A DNA stretch of 64,000 nt from Elusimicrobiota bacterium. GTDB lineage: Bacteria; Elusimicrobiota; Elusimicrobia; Elusimicrobiales; UBA9959. This document shows positions 63,089 through 64,000 of the stretch, one piece after another. The notes beneath the pieces were generated by a model. The model was not told the DNA's origin, made no database searches, and saw nothing but the letters and a program-made list of their open reading frames with translations. A program made the translations under genes and the position numbers. The first letter of the stretch is position 1, and the number at the start of each line of letters is the position of its first letter. The stretch lies in NCBI GenBank assembly GCA_003450815.1, contig DMES01000002.1, positions 5,591 to 69,590 of the forward strand, in the 5' to 3' direction.

Positions 63089-64000
63089 ATGGCAAAAAAA
63101 GTTCTGATAATGGGAGCTGCAGGCAGGGATTTCCATAATTTTAATGTTTATTATCGCGACAACAAGGATTACGAAGTGGTGGCGTTTACCGCTTTTCAGA
63201 TCCCGAACATAGCGGGACGCAAATACCCCGCGGTACTGGCAGGGAAACTATATCCGTCCGGCATACCGATTTATGAGGAAAAAGAGATGCCGGGGCTTAT
63301 AAAGAAGCTCAAGGTGGACGAGGTTGTGTTCGCTTATTCGGATGTGAGCTTTGACACTGTTATGTCCAAAGGATCTATAGCGCTCGCCTGCGGAGCCGAC
63401 TTTAAGCTGCTCAGCGGCGACCACACCTTTATAAAGTCCAAAAAACCGGTCGTGTCGGTATGCGCGGTGCGCACCGGCTGCGGAAAAAGCCAGACCACCC
63501 GTATGATAGCGGGTATGCTTAAAGAGATGGGCAAGAAGGTAGTGGCTATACGCCACCCCATGCCCTATGGCGATCTGTCCGAGCAGATATGGCAGAGGTT
63601 CGCTTCGCTTAAGGATCTGGAAAAGCATAAATGCACCATTGAGGAAATGGAAGAGTACGAACCGCATATAGCCGCCGGCTGTATCGTTTACGCCGGTGTG
63701 GATTACGGCAAAATACTTGCCGAGGCCGAAAAGGAGGCCGATGTCATTTTGTGGGACGGAGGCAATAACGACCTGCCTTTTTATAAGCCCGACCTTCACA
63801 TAGTTGTAACCGATCCGCTGCGTCCCGGCCATGAGGAGATGTATCATCCGGGCGCCACAAACCTGCGTATGGCTGATGTCGTGATAATAAACAAGGTCGA
63901 CACCGCCGAGCCGGATGCCGTTGAAAAGGTGAAGGATAATATCAAGCGCATGAACCCCAGGGCCAGGATTATTGAAGCCGAGTCCCCCGTTACCATTGAA
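63089..64000 (+). CDS. P-loop NTPase of the cyclic-2,3-diphosphoglycerate-synthetase-like / predicted GTPase family (3' end beyond the window)
   Basis: Not in the ORF track because no stop is reached. My translation from ATG 63089 (AAGGAGA RBS) is open to base 64000: MAKKVLIMGAAGRDFHNFN..., Walker A CAVRTGCGKSQT, DGGNND and IINKVD. Confidence 0.5.
   Translation, partial: MAKKVLIMGAAGRDFHNFNVYYRDNKDYEVVAFTAFQIPNIAGRKYPAVLAGKLYPSGIPIYEEKEMPGLIKKLKVDEVVFAYSDVSFDTVMSKGSIALACGADFKLLSGDHTFIKSKKPVVSVCAVRTGCGKSQTTRMIAGMLKEMGKKVVAIRHPMPYGDLSEQIWQRFASLKDLEKHKCTIEEMEEYEPHIAAGCIVYAGVDYGKILAEAEKEADVILWDGGNNDLPFYKPDLHIVVTDPLRPGHEEMYHPGATNLRMADVVIINKVDTAEPDAVEKVKDNIKRMNPRARIIEAESPVTIE

Overview
This 64 kb window has moderate GC, and every gene I can support lies on the + strand. 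I found no transposase, integrase, rRNA or CRISPR array.

**5' end (1-6.5 kb).** It holds a partial OMP-like ORF, a lipoprotein HExxH metalloprotease and copA. Next comes a 1.1 kb cassette of queF, an unassigned hairpin-rich RNA-like region and tRNA-Val(GAC), bracketed by ~60-bp inverted repeats. thrS follows.

**Glycan locus (6.5-61.6 kb).** This is one very large surface-glycan (O-antigen/capsule type) locus.
- Nucleotide-sugar genes: rmlC, rmlB, manC, two gmd paralogues and fcl. CDP-3,6-dideoxyhexose genes rfbF/rfbG/rfbH sit with an FNR-like reductase, followed by an AHAS-like ThDP enzyme and an SDR.
- A NeuB-SAF-cupin synthase sits next to a HAD phosphatase.
- A tightly coupled block encodes a Nudix hydrolase, a sugar C-methyltransferase, three radical SAM proteins, a cyclase-family protein, a 6PGDH-like protein and an FGGY kinase.
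- About a dozen glycosyltransferases are present (GT2, GT4, GT11, GT17), plus GtrB/GtrA.
- Export and assembly genes are an ABC exporter, a Wzx-like flippase, a Wzy-like protein, a UDP-2-acetamido-2,6-dideoxy-L-hexose trio, the initiating phosphoglycosyl transferase and an O-antigen-ligase-like protein.
- Apparent insertions are a four-helix-bundle gene, an MBL hydrolase, a DUF4143 ATPase and an AbiE-like toxin-antitoxin pair.

**3' end.** It holds gap and a partial P-loop protein.

**Most unusual signals.**
1. Arrays of 7-8 nt tandem units, often arranged as two opposed arms, occur at many gene junctions. They also lie in frame inside three conserved enzymes (manC, rfbG, rfbH).
2. A second hairpin/TIR repeat family has four copies.
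3. The queF/tRNA cassette is IR-bracketed and carries a duplicated 24-mer and a tRNA remnant.
4. The radical-SAM-rich sugar-modification block has no pathway I can name.

All calls come from reading the ORF translations and the DNA by eye; no searches were run.
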